Source: a virus
Lineage: Duplodnaviria; Caudoviricetes
DNA length: 64,000 nucleotides
IMG/VR virus record: IMGVR_UViG_3300028797_000143
Location: 1 to 64,000 of that record
Reading direction: 5' to 3' (one strand)
Positions 36,316 through 47,782 of the stretch are shown piece after piece. Within the stretch, counting starts at the first letter, position 1. Every line of letters starts with the position of its first letter. A program made the translations under genes and the position numbers. Below the pieces are notes generated by a model that had not been told where the DNA came from, did no database searches, and worked only from the letters and a program-made list of their open reading frames with translations.

Positions 36316-36612
36316 ATGGAAAAGACAACAACATCACATCTAATAGCTGACTATCACAGCTTTGTGAGAGATTTGAAGTCACAGTTCAACGCTGTTCAAG
36401 TATTGGAGAAATCCTTCTTCGAGCTTGAAGACCTGTGCGAGTGGTCAATAGTAAACGGAGTGACCTGCCTCAATGACAAGAATGAGCGGGTGAGTGTCGT
36501 GGATGAGACGCTTGGCAGGCAGCAAAACGAAATGTATGAGAAGCTTTGCAAGGCCGTGAAAGACTTGCATTGCATGCTTTCATCGGGTGTATCATGCTTT
36601 AATAAACAGTAA
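36316..36612 (+). CDS. Hypothetical protein
   Basis: First ORF after P2. Confidence 0.6.
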   Translation: MEKTTTSHLIADYHSFVRDLKSQFNAVQVLEKSFFELEDLCEWSIVNGVTCLNDKNERVSVVDETLGRQQNEMYEKLCKAVKDLHCMLSSGVSCFNKQ

Positions 36613-36613
36613 T

Positions 36614-37000
36614 ATGGATTTGAATCAATTCATCAAGAAAAGCCACCTCCGAGCCGTTGAGAAGTTCAACGCAGATCTGGAGGCATTCGTAAAGGAAACG
36701 GGGGACAATACCCTCTATGAGGACGTAAACACGCCGTTTACCCTTTCAAACGTGAGAGTCGAGAACGGTAAGCTCTGCTACACCTTCGATGGTGCGGAGG
36801 AGAGCGAGAACCAGGTATACTTGGATTCGGAAGATAATCAGTACTACGAGTCCGAGGGCTTGGACAGCATCCCAGAGTATATCAAGTTTTGGAGAGCGTG
36901 CCTCCGGCGTGCGAGGAGATATTGGACGATGAGCCCAGAGCAGCTTGACAGACTCTCCGATGGAGAGGAAGAAGAGGAGGACTCCGAATTAACCGATTAA
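36614..37000 (+). CDS. Acidic hypothetical protein
   Basis: Start moved to MDLNQF. Confidence 0.65.
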   Translation: MDLNQFIKKSHLRAVEKFNADLEAFVKETGDNTLYEDVNTPFTLSNVRVENGKLCYTFDGAEESENQVYLDSEDNQYYESEGLDSIPEYIKFWRACLRRARRYWTMSPEQLDRLSDGEEEEEDSELTD

Positions 37001-37010
37001 ACAGTAACCC

Positions 37011-37036
37011 GCCCTGCGGGTAGTGTCCCGCAGGGC
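37011..37036 (+). terminator. GC-rich stem-loop
   Basis: gccctgcggg-tagtgt-cccgcagggc. Confidence 0.6.
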
Positions 37037-37050
37037 TTAATAATAAGAAT

Positions 37051-37254
37051 ATGAGAAAAGACAAGAATTTCACCTTTTACAATGGCGGTATGGAGTTGTG
37101 TCATGTGACCTCATCGCCAGATCAGGCGCATCCGTTCGAGATTATGATACGGAGAATGTGCCGTTACGCAGGTAGGTTTGGGTATAGTATCTCCTACGAT
37201 GTCAAGAATGTGGAACAAAAGGAAAAGACGATGACACAGGATGACCTACATTGA
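37051..37254 (+). CDS. Small hypothetical protein
   Basis: ORF overlapping initiator start. Confidence 0.45.
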   Translation: MRKDKNFTFYNGGMELCHVTSSPDQAHPFEIMIRRMCRYAGRFGYSISYDVKNVEQKEKTMTQDDLH

Positions 37255-38341
37255 TTTGATAAACAACTTTTGGAAGAAGAATCAGGTTTCTCCATTGTCG
37301 AGCACAGAGATAGCATTTTACTTCTATCTGCTAAAGGAATGTGACTCGTTGGAGTGGAGTAATCCGTTCAAATTGCCTACGCGCAAAATCTGCTTTGAGC
37401 TCGATTTTCGGAAAGATACAATCACGAGCGTTAGAAATTCTTTGAAGCAAAAAGGGTTTATCGATTTCACGAAAGGTGACAGAAGGGCATCCGACCCAGA
37501 GTACTCTATCTTAGACGAAAGTGGTATTTTGGTACAAATAACGTACCAAAAGCCGTACCAAAAAGCGTACCAAAAGCCGTACCAAAAGGCGTACCAAAAC
37601 ACGGACCAAAGCCCCAAAAATGGCCAAAATTCGGAAAAAATCGGACAAAACGAAAATCCCCCCATACCCCCCTATAAAGAGCTAATGGATAGTTTAAAAG
37701 AACTGTCTTCTGACGAAGACAGACAGAAAGTTAACATTGTCGGTCGGTCTTTTATGGAGAAAAAGAGGGATTTTTGCGATGAAGCGGACGCCTATATTCC
37801 CAAATACGGACAGCAGATGATTGACGAGTTTTGTGAGTATTGGACTAAGGAAGTTGAAACAGACACCCTAAGGTTCGAAAAACAGAACAAGTTTTTTATG
37901 GCGGGGCGGCTCGCGACGTGGGCTAAGAATAGCATGACAACGCAGAGGTCTGTCACTGACATAGAGTACAAAACCCAGCTCTACAACATCAATTGGGACA
38001 AAGTGAAGGCATGGTATGTCGGCCTCGGGTTGGTGTTGGAACGTTGGACGGACAGACGGAAGCGGGCTTATATCTCGGTTTATGACTCTTACGGAAACGC
38101 GGACGCTTTCAGGGAAGCCCTGAAGCGGTTCGGACAGGAAGTGAAGAAGTCGGATTGGATATTAGGCTTGGCGGGAAGTCCGATGCGTGATTTTGAATGG
38201 CTGTTTACGCTTGACAATTTCGCTCTGGTGGTAGACGGCAGGTATAGTAAAAACTACAATTTAGAGAAAAATGGGAAACGACAAAGAAGTGCCACAGCAG
38301 CGCCCGAGCACTCCAACGAAGAGTACTTCGCGGGGTTTTAA
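37241..38341 (+). CDS. Replication initiator (lambda O/DnaD-like)
   Basis: N-terminal winged-helix-like region, internal iterons, upstream of loader and helicase. Confidence 0.8.
   Translation: MTYIDLINNFWKKNQVSPLSSTEIAFYFYLLKECDSLEWSNPFKLPTRKICFELDFRKDTITSVRNSLKQKGFIDFTKGDRRASDPEYSILDESGILVQITYQKPYQKAYQKPYQKAYQNTDQSPKNGQNSEKIGQNENPPIPPYKELMDSLKELSSDEDRQKVNIVGRSFMEKKRDFCDEADAYIPKYGQQMIDEFCEYWTKEVETDTLRFEKQNKFFMAGRLATWAKNSMTTQRSVTDIEYKTQLYNINWDKVKAWYVGLGLVLERWTDRRKRAYISVYDSYGNADAFREALKRFGQEVKKSDWILGLAGSPMRDFEWLFTLDNFALVVDGRYSKNYNLEKNGKRQRSATAAPEHSNEEYFAGF
37527..37601. repeat. Iterons of putative replication origin
   Basis: Five tandem 12-bp units with core CGTACCAAAA (37542-37601) plus inverted TTTTGGTAC (37527-37535). 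Confidence 0.85.
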
Positions 38342-38936
38342 GCTCCCTATAGCCCCCGATGAGCTGCTAAAGAGGATAGGCATAGAATATCTCCGCGATG
38401 TACGGAAGAGAGGACGTGAGTTCAAGAACACGGACTACCTTAAGCGGCAGGCGAAGGAGATAGCAGATTTCCTCGTTGAGGAGCGAGACAAGTACGGCCT
38501 TATGATATGCGGTAAGGTCGGGAACGGCAAGTCCACGATGGGACGCGCTATCTGTAAGGTTGTGAACAGCCTTATTGAGGAAGTAAAGAAGGGAGAACGA
38601 TTCCCGTGGGACTACATGTCGATGGTCGATGCACGGGATATGGTAAGAACCTTCATCAGGGACTATGACGAGGGATTCCGAATGATAAAGAGCAGGAAAT
38701 ACCTCATCATAGACGATTTAGGGACAGACCAGAAGGACGTCTCTTTGTATGGGACTATCTTTAATCCCTTCATGGAGCTGTTGGACTATCGCTACGAGCA
38801 CCTTCTCCCGACGATAATCATCTCAAACCTCAATGCGCGGGACATCGCTGAGAAGTATGAAGACGAACGTCTGCCGGATAGGATGAGAGAGATGTTTAAG
38901 ATTCTTGTTTTCGAAGATAAGTCGTTTAGGGTATGA
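38271..38936 (+). CDS. DnaC/IstB-like helicase loader
   Basis: GKVGNGKST Walker A; IIDDLG Walker B. Confidence 0.85.
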   Translation: MGNDKEVPQQRPSTPTKSTSRGFKLPIAPDELLKRIGIEYLRDVRKRGREFKNTDYLKRQAKEIADFLVEERDKYGLMICGKVGNGKSTMGRAICKVVNSLIEEVKKGERFPWDYMSMVDARDMVRTFIRDYDEGFRMIKSRKYLIIDDLGTDQKDVSLYGTIFNPFMELLDYRYEHLLPTIIISNLNARDIAEKYEDERLPDRMREMFKILVFEDKSFRV

Positions 38937-40303
38937 GTGAGGTATTGGTGAAAGACATACCCTGCGAGGAACTTGTCTTAGGAACGATTCTTGATTCTGG
39001 TAAGATCTACGACCACGTTCTCGAAACTTTGGATGATGACTGCTTCTATGACGGCATGCATCTCGGGGTGTGGCAGGCGATGGCAGAGGTCAAGAAGAAG
39101 GGGGAGAATATAGACATCATCACTGTCACGGCAGAGCTGGCGCGTGAAGGCTCCACGATACAGCCCCATGAAGTGATGGGGCTCGCATCCAAGAATCTTG
39201 TAAGCACTGTTTATATCGACAACTACACCTCACGTCTTAAAGACCTCAGCCTTCGCAGGAGGTTATGGCGGCTCGGGCAGAAACTCGTGAATGCAGGCCT
39301 TGCCGAGACGGAAGAGGTGGAGGATATCCAGCAGCTTGCCACCGAGGAGTTGAACGGGTTGTTCGACAAGGCAGAGGGGACGTTTACACTCACGGATGCT
39401 CTTGTAAAGCTCTTGAACATCATCAGTAATAACATGACCAAAGGAGCTATCACAGGTACTCCGACAGGATTCAGGAAACTCGATGAAAAGGGCGGTTTGC
39501 ATGGCTCAGATTTGATAATCATCGCAGGTGAGACCAGCCAGGGCAAGTCGTCTATGGCGCTTTCGATAGCAAACAACGTCATTCAAAGCGGTGAGAAATG
39601 TGCGTTTTTATCCTTGGAAATGACGAAAGAGCAGTTGGCAGCACGTCTTGTGGCAATAAGGTCAGGTGTCCCAGCGAACACGATTATGTACGATGGGAAC
39701 ATGAACACCAGCCAACTTTTTGCTATAGACAGTGCCAAGGGCTCTCTCCCCGGTGAGAACCTGTATTTCGATGAGAGAGGTACGATAAGCCTTGAAACGA
39801 TACTTCTCTCAATAAGAATGATGGTTATGAAGTATGGTATCAAAGGTGCTTTCGTAGATTATCTGCAGATTCTCAATGTCAACAGCAGGAACAACGGATA
39901 CACGAGAGAGCAGGCCATGGGAGATGCGTCCAGAAGGCTTAAGAACCTCGCCAAGGAGTTGAACATTTGGATTGTCGCGCTGAGTCAGTTGAGCAGGAAC
40001 CAGCAAGACCCCGTACCTTCTTTGGCTCGTTTGAGGGACAGCGGACAGATCGCGGAGGCGGCAGACGTGGTGATGTTAGTCTACAGGCCAGAATATTACA
40101 ATAGAACCTTCCCCCACCCCTTCGAGTATTTGACGGATGAGGAGGTGAAAGGCAAGGCGATGATAGACGTGGCCAAGGGTAGAAACATCGGAGTGTTCAA
40201 GTTTCTCGTAGAGTTTAATGCAGAGACAACGCACTTCCATGATATAGACAACGGGGAGTCCGTCTTTGAGCAGATGCCTGTTGAAGAAGATGCCCCATTT
40301 TAA
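38933..40303 (+). CDS. dnaB: Replicative DNA helicase
   Basis: GETSQGKS, FVDYLQ, LSQLSR..RDSGQI...AD. Confidence 0.93.
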   Translation: MSEVLVKDIPCEELVLGTILDSGKIYDHVLETLDDDCFYDGMHLGVWQAMAEVKKKGENIDIITVTAELAREGSTIQPHEVMGLASKNLVSTVYIDNYTSRLKDLSLRRRLWRLGQKLVNAGLAETEEVEDIQQLATEELNGLFDKAEGTFTLTDALVKLLNIISNNMTKGAITGTPTGFRKLDEKGGLHGSDLIIIAGETSQGKSSMALSIANNVIQSGEKCAFLSLEMTKEQLAARLVAIRSGVPANTIMYDGNMNTSQLFAIDSAKGSLPGENLYFDERGTISLETILLSIRMMVMKYGIKGAFVDYLQILNVNSRNNGYTREQAMGDASRRLKNLAKELNIWIVALSQLSRNQQDPVPSLARLRDSGQIAEAADVVMLVYRPEYYNRTFPHPFEYLTDEEVKGKAMIDVAKGRNIGVFKFLVEFNAETTHFHDIDNGESVFEQMPVEEDAPF

Positions 40304-40329
40304 ACAATAACCAATTAAACAAAGCAGTT

Positions 40330-40647
40330 ATGATTACAAACGAAAAACAGAGAGACCTTTTGAACAAGGAGTTCAAGGTCAATGAACACTTCAAAATTAC
40401 CAGAGGGTACTACGAAGACATGCCAGACCCCATGTTGGCATGGACGTGGAGTAATAAGCAAATGGAAGAGCTTGCGAAGAACATTAGCAAGAATCTTGCT
40501 CCATATGAAGAGGAGAACCCCGAATATTCGGATGAGGACTTTTGGGCTACGATGGAAAACGAAGCCGTAAAGATGGGAATGGAATACTATGAAGACTTTG
40601 AGGAGGACTATCTCGCAGAGTTGGAGTATAAGTGGAGGAATTTGTAA
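40330..40647 (+). CDS. Acidic hypothetical protein
   Basis: Leader motif at 40309. Confidence 0.6.
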   Translation: MITNEKQRDLLNKEFKVNEHFKITRGYYEDMPDPMLAWTWSNKQMEELAKNISKNLAPYEEENPEYSDEDFWATMENEAVKMGMEYYEDFEEDYLAELEYKWRNL

Positions 40648-40898
40648 TGGTACACATCATCTATTCACGCTATCAGCAGAGACCTCCACTCCCGCACTAT
40701 CTGCGTGTGATGACAGACTTTAGGAATTTGTCTGCTCGGGAGTCCTTGGAGTATTATCTCATTTGGTTGGAGGGTGGCTGCTCATATTCCATCGGAAAGA
40801 TACGAGGCACCCATGTGAACTATCCTATCATGGAAACGAAACGGCACTACTATTTCAAGCGTAACAATGTGCTGACATTCGTGAGAAAAGACGGCTAA
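40647..40898 (+). CDS. Hypothetical protein
   Basis: TAATG-coupled. Confidence 0.45.
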   Translation: MVHIIYSRYQQRPPLPHYLRVMTDFRNLSARESLEYYLIWLEGGCSYSIGKIRGTHVNYPIMETKRHYYFKRNNVLTFVRKDG

Positions 40899-40926
40899 TC
40901 GATTGAATCTCAAAAGATTTTAGTTT

Positions 40927-40973
40927 TTTTAACTATAATAATTTGCAAATATCGCATAAAACCCGTATCTTTG
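40927..40973 (+). promoter_or_regulatory. Strong early promoter P3
   Basis: TTTTAACTA-N6-TTTG-N20-TATCTTTG. Confidence 0.85.
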
Positions 40974-41022
40974 CATAAAGAAAGATAAGAAGAGTACACT
41001 AAACCAATTAAACAGAAAAGTC

Positions 41023-41460
41023 ATGAAAAAGGAAATCAGAAAAGATGTCAGAGAGTACATCCTAAGCAGAGTAAACGAGACGCTGGCACGCCTCGGAGTG
41101 AGCGAGAAGGTCGTAGAGACGAACGAGTGGGAAGATAAGTACCGCGACAAGCTTCACTATAATTTCGAGAGTGCACCCATCAAGCAGATGCCGATGATGT
41201 TCAAGAGACTTGTGGTAAGCGGCCACCTCGTAAGCGTCGAGACGAAAGAAGATGACAGGTTCTTCAAAGTCTCTCAGCAGAACGACATCGTTGTAGCGGT
41301 CTTCGGCTACGAATACAACCACTTCGGAGGAGGCTCCAACGGCTGTGACATAGGCCGCATGGTCTTCGCAGTAAGCAAAGATCTCCCCAAGAGTTTCGAG
41401 AGTGAGATGGGTGATGTGGCAGACGTATATATCCGCAAGTTGGAAGGAGTAACGATATGA
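41023..41460 (+). CDS. Hypothetical protein
   Basis: First gene after P3, leader motif at 41002. Confidence 0.7.
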   Translation: MKKEIRKDVREYILSRVNETLARLGVSEKVVETNEWEDKYRDKLHYNFESAPIKQMPMMFKRLVVSGHLVSVETKEDDRFFKVSQQNDIVVAVFGYEYNHFGGGSNGCDIGRMVFAVSKDLPKSFESEMGDVADVYIRKLEGVTI

Positions 41461-42134
41461 GACAGGAAAATGTATATTGGGCTGCGGAGGATATTCCATC
41501 CAACAAGCTCGAAAGCATGGGTGTAAGAAACCTTACTGACGTGGAGTTGGTATCAATCGTCATAGGAAACGGTGACGCGGAAGCGTCTCTGGAGAAAGCC
41601 CGTGAATTTCTTTCCAAATTCGGTTATAGACTTGACAGTATCAGTATGCGCACTCCATCTCAGATGTGGAGAGACCAAGGAATCGAAGAGAAGGATTCGC
41701 TTAGAATGTTGGCTTCTCTGGAACTTGGCAGAAGGATGATAATGGATGCTGAGAAAGTGGAGAAGATAGATTGCTCTGTTAAGGCTTATATGTATTCAAG
41801 AAAATACCTCTCGGGTCTTGACCATGAAGAGTTCTGGCTTTTCTCCCTTAAGGCAAACAAAGATATTATTTCCTTCAAACAAATCTCCAAGGGAGGTATA
41901 GATGCCACACTTGTTGATTTAAGGGTTTTGTTCAAGGAGGCCATCGTCAATAGCGCTTCAATCATTGTCGCTGTCCACAACCATCCGAGCGGAAGTGTTC
42001 GTCCCAGCAGGGATGATGATATGCTTACGGATAGGATACAAAGAGCGGCAAAGATGCTTGACTTTAAGTTCTTAGACCATATCATTGTCGCTGATGGTCA
42101 GTATTACTCATACAAAGAAGAAGGAAAACTATGA
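41457..42134 (+). CDS. RadC-like JAB/MPN-domain protein
   Basis: HNHPSG..PS.DD...DHII plus N-terminal HhH region. Confidence 0.9.
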   Translation: MRQENVYWAAEDIPSNKLESMGVRNLTDVELVSIVIGNGDAEASLEKAREFLSKFGYRLDSISMRTPSQMWRDQGIEEKDSLRMLASLELGRRMIMDAEKVEKIDCSVKAYMYSRKYLSGLDHEEFWLFSLKANKDIISFKQISKGGIDATLVDLRVLFKEAIVNSASIIVAVHNHPSGSVRPSRDDDMLTDRIQRAAKMLDFKFLDHIIVADGQYYSYKEEGKL

Positions 42135-42400
42135 AAGCAATGCTTATAAAGACAGACGGGACCTTAAAGTATGTCGAGCCGAGGAATGGCGAGCACTTCG
42201 AGTTGGACGAGTTACGGTCGTTCGTAGAAGGGTATATCGAATTACTGAACCTCGGCGACAGGTTCATGGTGGTAAACGAGGAAGGTAAACTCCTTGGGAA
42301 GCCCGTCAATGACTTCGCGACATTGGAAGCCCAAAACGCAGGAATCAACGACATCATCGTAGGTGATGTGCTCATTTGTAAAATGGATAAAATAAGATAG
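42131..42400 (+). CDS. DUF3846-like protein
   Basis: LRSFVEGYIE...VVNEEGKL...N..AT...IVGDVLI. Confidence 0.65.
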   Translation: MKAMLIKTDGTLKYVEPRNGEHFELDELRSFVEGYIELLNLGDRFMVVNEEGKLLGKPVNDFATLEAQNAGINDIIVGDVLICKMDKIR

Positions 42401-42401
42401 T

Positions 42402-45223
42402 ATGTATAACGGACAGCCTTTTGTACCTATCAACCATCCCGTCACGGCGCTTACGTTAAAGGCGCAGGCGGTGCCATATACGGAGTGGGACACCATCTAC
42501 TCTTTGATGGAGGAGACCAACGACCCAGCCGAGAAGGAGGCGTTGAGAGTTATTCTAATCGAAAAATATCACCAAGAAGAAGGATGGGATATATAATTGT
42601 TCTACTATTGATACTGATTGTACTGATAAACGACGATAGACTATGAAGTATGTAACCAGCATAATGGCTCAGAAGATGAGTGGTACGTCTTTTGACAAGG
42701 CTTTGCAAGGAAGCTTCCCGTTTGATAGATGGAGAGCCTACGTCGTATTCAGACGAGGTGTCATCTATTACATTGACATATGGAGGGATGATGAGAAAGC
42801 CGGGCGTATCGTCAACGAGGGGAATAAATCATGGCGGTTAGAGTTTAGAGGCTGGCCTTCGTCATTTACAGACTTCGGTCATGCTGTAAAAGTTTTAGAA
42901 GATATGATACACAACTATGAAAAGATTTAGACATCATTGGTCAAACGACCCAAATAACGCCCACAAGGTATGTACTATTTGTGGTGCGCGAATTGATAGA
43001 TTCGTAACAGAAAACGAAGAATATGATTATGTCAAAATTGAGATTTGCGCATAAGAAGTAAACAGCGATGTAACTGGAGGCTGACGACTACGTGATTAGC
43101 GTCCTACGCAATCAACTGAAAGTAAGATTCAACGTAATGTATTGATAATTCAAATTAAAGAGTAACAATCATGGATAAGTTAGGAAAAGATAAATCCATA
43201 AACGAAGATTTAAGCAAGGAAATTGAATACCTAAATAAGCGTTACCCAGAAGTGTCGTTTGCTAAGTTAAGCCGTATAGTCGTACACGTTGCAAGATGGC
43301 AGAAAGAAATGATGATGAAAGAAGCCAAGAGCGGCGTGGGTAATAACGGCTACTTTATCGAATTTGACGATGGGACATTTATTGATATTGACCCCGCGAT
43401 GCAATTAAAGCCAGCTTTTCATGTTGAGGAAGGTGAAAAAGTAAGGATTGCAATTATTAAGGAGGATTAAATCATGGAACAAGAAGATAGTCACATTATC
43501 GGAGATTACCCACTTCAATTCAAGGATGAACTTGACAAGTGGCTTTTTGACGAATTTGGTATCATGGCGGGTTGTTGTTCTTCTATCAAAAGCATGGAAT
43601 ACCACGTAGCAAGAGAAGTTGCGGAGAAAGCCATTGAGGTAACAAGGCAAGAAACAAAGAAGCAGACTATAGAAAAGGCTGTAGAGTGGATGAAGGAGAA
43701 CTTAACGTTTATGCACCCGCGAAAAGAACGGATGGAATGTTTGGTTAATATCGGTGTCTTTAAAGACGCTATGAATGAGGAGGATTGACTATGACCATAA
43801 CAATTACAGCAAAAGAGTATGATGCCATTAACGAGGTACTGGACCAAGTTCGTACCGACTACGAGGCGGCTACAAATGAAGAGTATCTGGAGTCAATGGG
43901 CGAAACCATGAGCCTTGTGAGAAACGTGCTCGAAAAGTATAGAAAGGCGCGGCAGAAAGCTGCAGACTTCCAGATGGCGAGGGCTTACGTCGCGGAGCGC
44001 AACCGCAACAAGGGTTTGCGTCCGAGGGATATTGACAAGCTGACAAGGCAATTATTGAGAAATATTAAAACGGAGGACTGACGGATGAATAATATAAAGG
44101 CTTGAAAGATATGGCACAAGACGAATTGATGGTTGGTAATTGGGTGCTATACCAAGGGCACGCTTACCAGATTGAAGAGATTAGCCGACCCTCGCAGAAG
44201 GTGACGCTGGGCACTACGCGGGCGGTGCGGTTCGTAGAGATTAAGGACTTGGAGCCGTTGCCGCTGACGAAGGAGATTCTGCTGCGGAATGACTTCGAGG
44301 TGGATGAAGAGGACGAGAACAACCTCTACATGGAGTATGACGGGATGTGGTGGGTGCGATGGCATCCGAAGGAGACGAACTACACTCGTGGCTCGTACTC
44401 TTACGTTGACATTGACCACGGCTGCGTGACGCTCACCGAATTGCCGTGCGATAGTGTGCATGAGTTACAGAACGCGATGGCTCTGTGCCATTGCCATTGG
44501 ACGATACATTTATAAGGGGTAAGAATATGGAAACATTAAGCGACATGGCATTCGACTACGCAATGCAACGAGGACACGGCAAGAAGGCGCACGAGAACTT
44601 CGTGGCTGGAGCAAAGGCCGTACTGCGAGAGATTAAGGAGGCATACGACATCAGCGGCATTGACACGATGGTTGACCGCCTCAATAGTTTTTACGAAGAA
44701 TTAAGGGAGAGAAGACTATGATACGAAACCTTTGCTATAAGACCAGCCGCGACATGAAGCGGTTGAAGGAATTGCTTGATGCGGGCTATGAGGTTGTATG
44801 CTTTTACACATACGATTTTGCAAGAGGCAAAGACCCAATGCCGTTAATGACGACTGATGTCTGCACCGCGCGTTACAATGAGGCTGGAGAATACAGTAGC
44901 TATACGCTTTCTTGCCGTGGTACGGTTTTTCTTCAATATTGGACACATGGGATAGAATGCGGGTGCTCATTTATAGAATTGTTAGAGGCGTGCGATATTC
45001 AATTCATAGAACCAACGATAACGAAATAACTATGCCTTATTACCAGAACGATATGATGCACTGCAATCAAAGCAGATGTTCACGCAAAGAGTGTTGTTAT
45101 CGCTTTTGGCTTGCGATGCACATCAAGGGTAGTGGCTTTAGATACGCTTCGTTCTACATGCCCGCACCAAGCGAACAACTTGGCGACAAATGCCAATATT
45201 TCATCAACATCAAAGATTACTAA
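42402..45223 (+). other. Run of small coupled hypothetical genes (42402-42596, 42643-42930, 43171-43470, 43474-43788, 43785-44081, 44111-44515, 44527-44721, 44718-45029, 45032-45223)
   Basis: Closely spaced or overlapping + strand ORFs; no confident function. Confidence 0.6.
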
Positions 45224-45225
45224 CT

Positions 45226-45552
45226 ATGAAAGAACTTCACCTGCCACTGAAAGCAAAGTGGTTCCGCATGATTGAAAGCGGAGAAAAGAAAGAGGAATAT
45301 CGAGAGCTTACGCCGTTTTGGTGTAAGCGGCTACTTGGCTTTGAAATGGCTCTATTCTCATACAGAAATAACTATCAGTCATGCAACAGGAATGGTTACA
45401 CTCACGCTCACTTCACGCTCGGCTACCCTTCAAAAGATGACATCTCCCGCCACATGGTGAAGCGAATCAAGGAAATTGTCATCGGCACAGGCAGACCAGA
45501 GTGGGGAGCAGAGCCAGGGAAAGAATATTTCGTAATCAAATTGGAGGACTAA
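45226..45552 (+). CDS. ASCH/PUA-like domain protein
   Basis: LPLKAKWF.MI.SGEKKEEYR. Confidence 0.75.
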   Translation: MKELHLPLKAKWFRMIESGEKKEEYRELTPFWCKRLLGFEMALFSYRNNYQSCNRNGYTHAHFTLGYPSKDDISRHMVKRIKEIVIGTGRPEWGAEPGKEYFVIKLED

Positions 45553-45554
45553 CT

Positions 45555-47389
45555 ATGAAAGAAAAACATAAACCCATATTCAAAGTAGGTGATAGAGTGA
45601 GATTCCGCAACGAAGTGTTCGAAATCGTATCCAACGCCGATATTTACATCTTGAAAAGCGAGAGAGCGAATAGCTCAACACCCGTAATTCATGTGGACTT
45701 CGGCAATGAAGACTATGAGCTTAGTCTTGTGAAAAGGGAAGAAGACCCAGATTTGAATGAGTTTGAGGCTGAACTATTCACCACTTTCAGCGATATATGG
45801 CAAAGCTATTTGGTAGGAGAAGAGGTAAATGTTGCAGAGGTGGTAAAAGAGCATTCACCCGAATTGCTTGAAAGAGCGAAGAAGGTGTTAGCGAAAGACA
45901 TGCCGAAGTGGAAACCTGCGTCGCAGTCTTATTTAAGTGATAGACTTCCGAGATTTGACTACATTCTCAAACGGGTTGTAGCAAGAGATGAAAATGGCGC
46001 ATACTACCTGACTATGGACGATTTGTACAAATTACCAAAGGAGGATTAACCATGATAGACAAGAATTGCAAATACTACAAGAATGGCCATTGCACAAAAG
46101 GCCTACCAGGGACCAAATGTGAACTCAAAGGCTGTGTAGCACATACAAAGAAGAATGCAGGCCAACACATCTATAACCTTCAGCTCACCGAACGTCAGGC
46201 CAAACTTCTCTCCTACGCCTGCGACCAATTCTCACGTCTCATCTGCGGGCAGGATCGGTCTTTCCAAGAGCTCATGGAATCAGCATGGGAGAAACGCTGC
46301 AAGGAAGCCACAGGCAAGATGATGGACGATTCATGGGACGGTGGCTGGCAAAATATGCGCCATGAAGCCGAAGCCCTCTGCAAGCAAATCAAGAAACGCT
46401 TTTGGGGCTGCGATTGGAACGCCATGTACGGCGTACACTACGACGATACCGCCGATATTCTCTTCGATTTGCATCAAACCATCCGTCATCAACTCTGGCT
46501 CGACCGCCCCGCTGACAAGAAATCCTCTATCACCGTCGATGCCTCAGAAGCGATGGCCTTCAGCAACGAACCCTTGGCAATCATCAAACGAATCAAGTAA
46601 TATGAATTACTTCATAATCCTTTACATCATTCCGACTGTCATCTGCCTGATGATAGTGTGTCGAAGTTTCCGCAGGCTTGAAATGTACGGCGAGAAGGTA
46701 CGTCCTCCTTATAGGCTGATAGCATACTGTTTCATTCCATTTGTGAATCTCTTGGCAGTTCTCTTCTTCATCGCCGTACTAATAGAGATCATAGAAGAGC
46801 ATCTATACGGAAACAAACCTAACAATAAACAATCATGAAAGAAATCAAATTTAAGGTGCTAAGGAAGAACAAGTATGGGCACCGCTTCATCTTGGAGCCA
46901 AAAGAACGTATTAAATTCCGTGAGAAGTGCAAGTACAATGAGGGTTATAGTTCATGTAAGAAGAACTACAAATGCTATGTCGATCACGGAGTCCTCTTAG
47001 GCTGCACGTCCAACGTAGACTGCCCGCGGTGCCATAATTGGGACAAACGTCATGGCCTGGAACTTCCATACACCATGGTAGAAAACGAATACCCCTACTT
47101 GAAACAAACTACCTTTACATGGCATCCTGCCACAGAGAGCCCGGGCATGCGCCGAATAATAATCGCTTTCCGCGTGAAAGGTCACGAGAACGACCATCTA
47201 ATCTTCAATGTGGTAAGATTCCTTGAAAGAGGTGCGCAACCAGCCACGGTCAAATTCACGGCAGACGATGGTACTAAGCAGCTTCCGGTAGCATGGGCTT
47301 ACTATGATGAGTTCGTAAAAGGTATTGAGGAATGGATGATAAAACGAGCCACCTACGCAGCATGGGGATGGTGGCCAGACGATAAGTAG
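45555..47389 (+). other. Hypothetical genes 45555-46049, 46052-46600, 46602-46838 (TM), 46835-47389
   Basis: Operon-spaced ORFs. Confidence 0.6.
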
Positions 47390-47390
47390 T

Positions 47391-47780
47391 ATGAGAGAAA
47401 TAAAGTTCAGAGGCTTCGATGCCGTAGGTAACAAAGGCTGGGTCTATGGCGACCTCGTCCACAACAAGAAAGTCAACAAAGAAGAGCCGTTCCTCACAGA
47501 CCGCATCATGGTCGGTGGCTATGAGGTCTTCCCTGAATCCGTCGGGCAGTTCATAGGACTGAGAGACAAGGAGAGGAATGAAATCTATAAAGGCGATATC
47601 GTTCAATGCGGCGATTTCGTTTATGAGGTTGTTTATTGTGAATATTATGCGTCCTTTGGTCTTCGACGCTCTCAGGATATGTATATGCACTATTTTGGTG
47701 AGGCGATGAAAGCCAACGAATGCCAAGTAATCGGCAACATCTACGAGAACAAAGAACTACCAACCAACATAGCAAAGTAA
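47391..47780 (+). CDS. YopX family protein
   Basis: MREIKFRG...WVYG...GQFIGL.D...EIY.GDI...VIGNIYEN. Confidence 0.85.
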   Translation: MREIKFRGFDAVGNKGWVYGDLVHNKKVNKEEPFLTDRIMVGGYEVFPESVGQFIGLRDKERNEIYKGDIVQCGDFVYEVVYCEYYASFGLRRSQDMYMHYFGEAMKANECQVIGNIYENKELPTNIAK

Positions 47781-47782
47781 TC

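Noticed and set aside
37542-37601. CRISPR array
   Set aside because: 12-bp contiguous in-frame repeats with no spacers; no cas genes; no CRISPR array seen anywhere in the window
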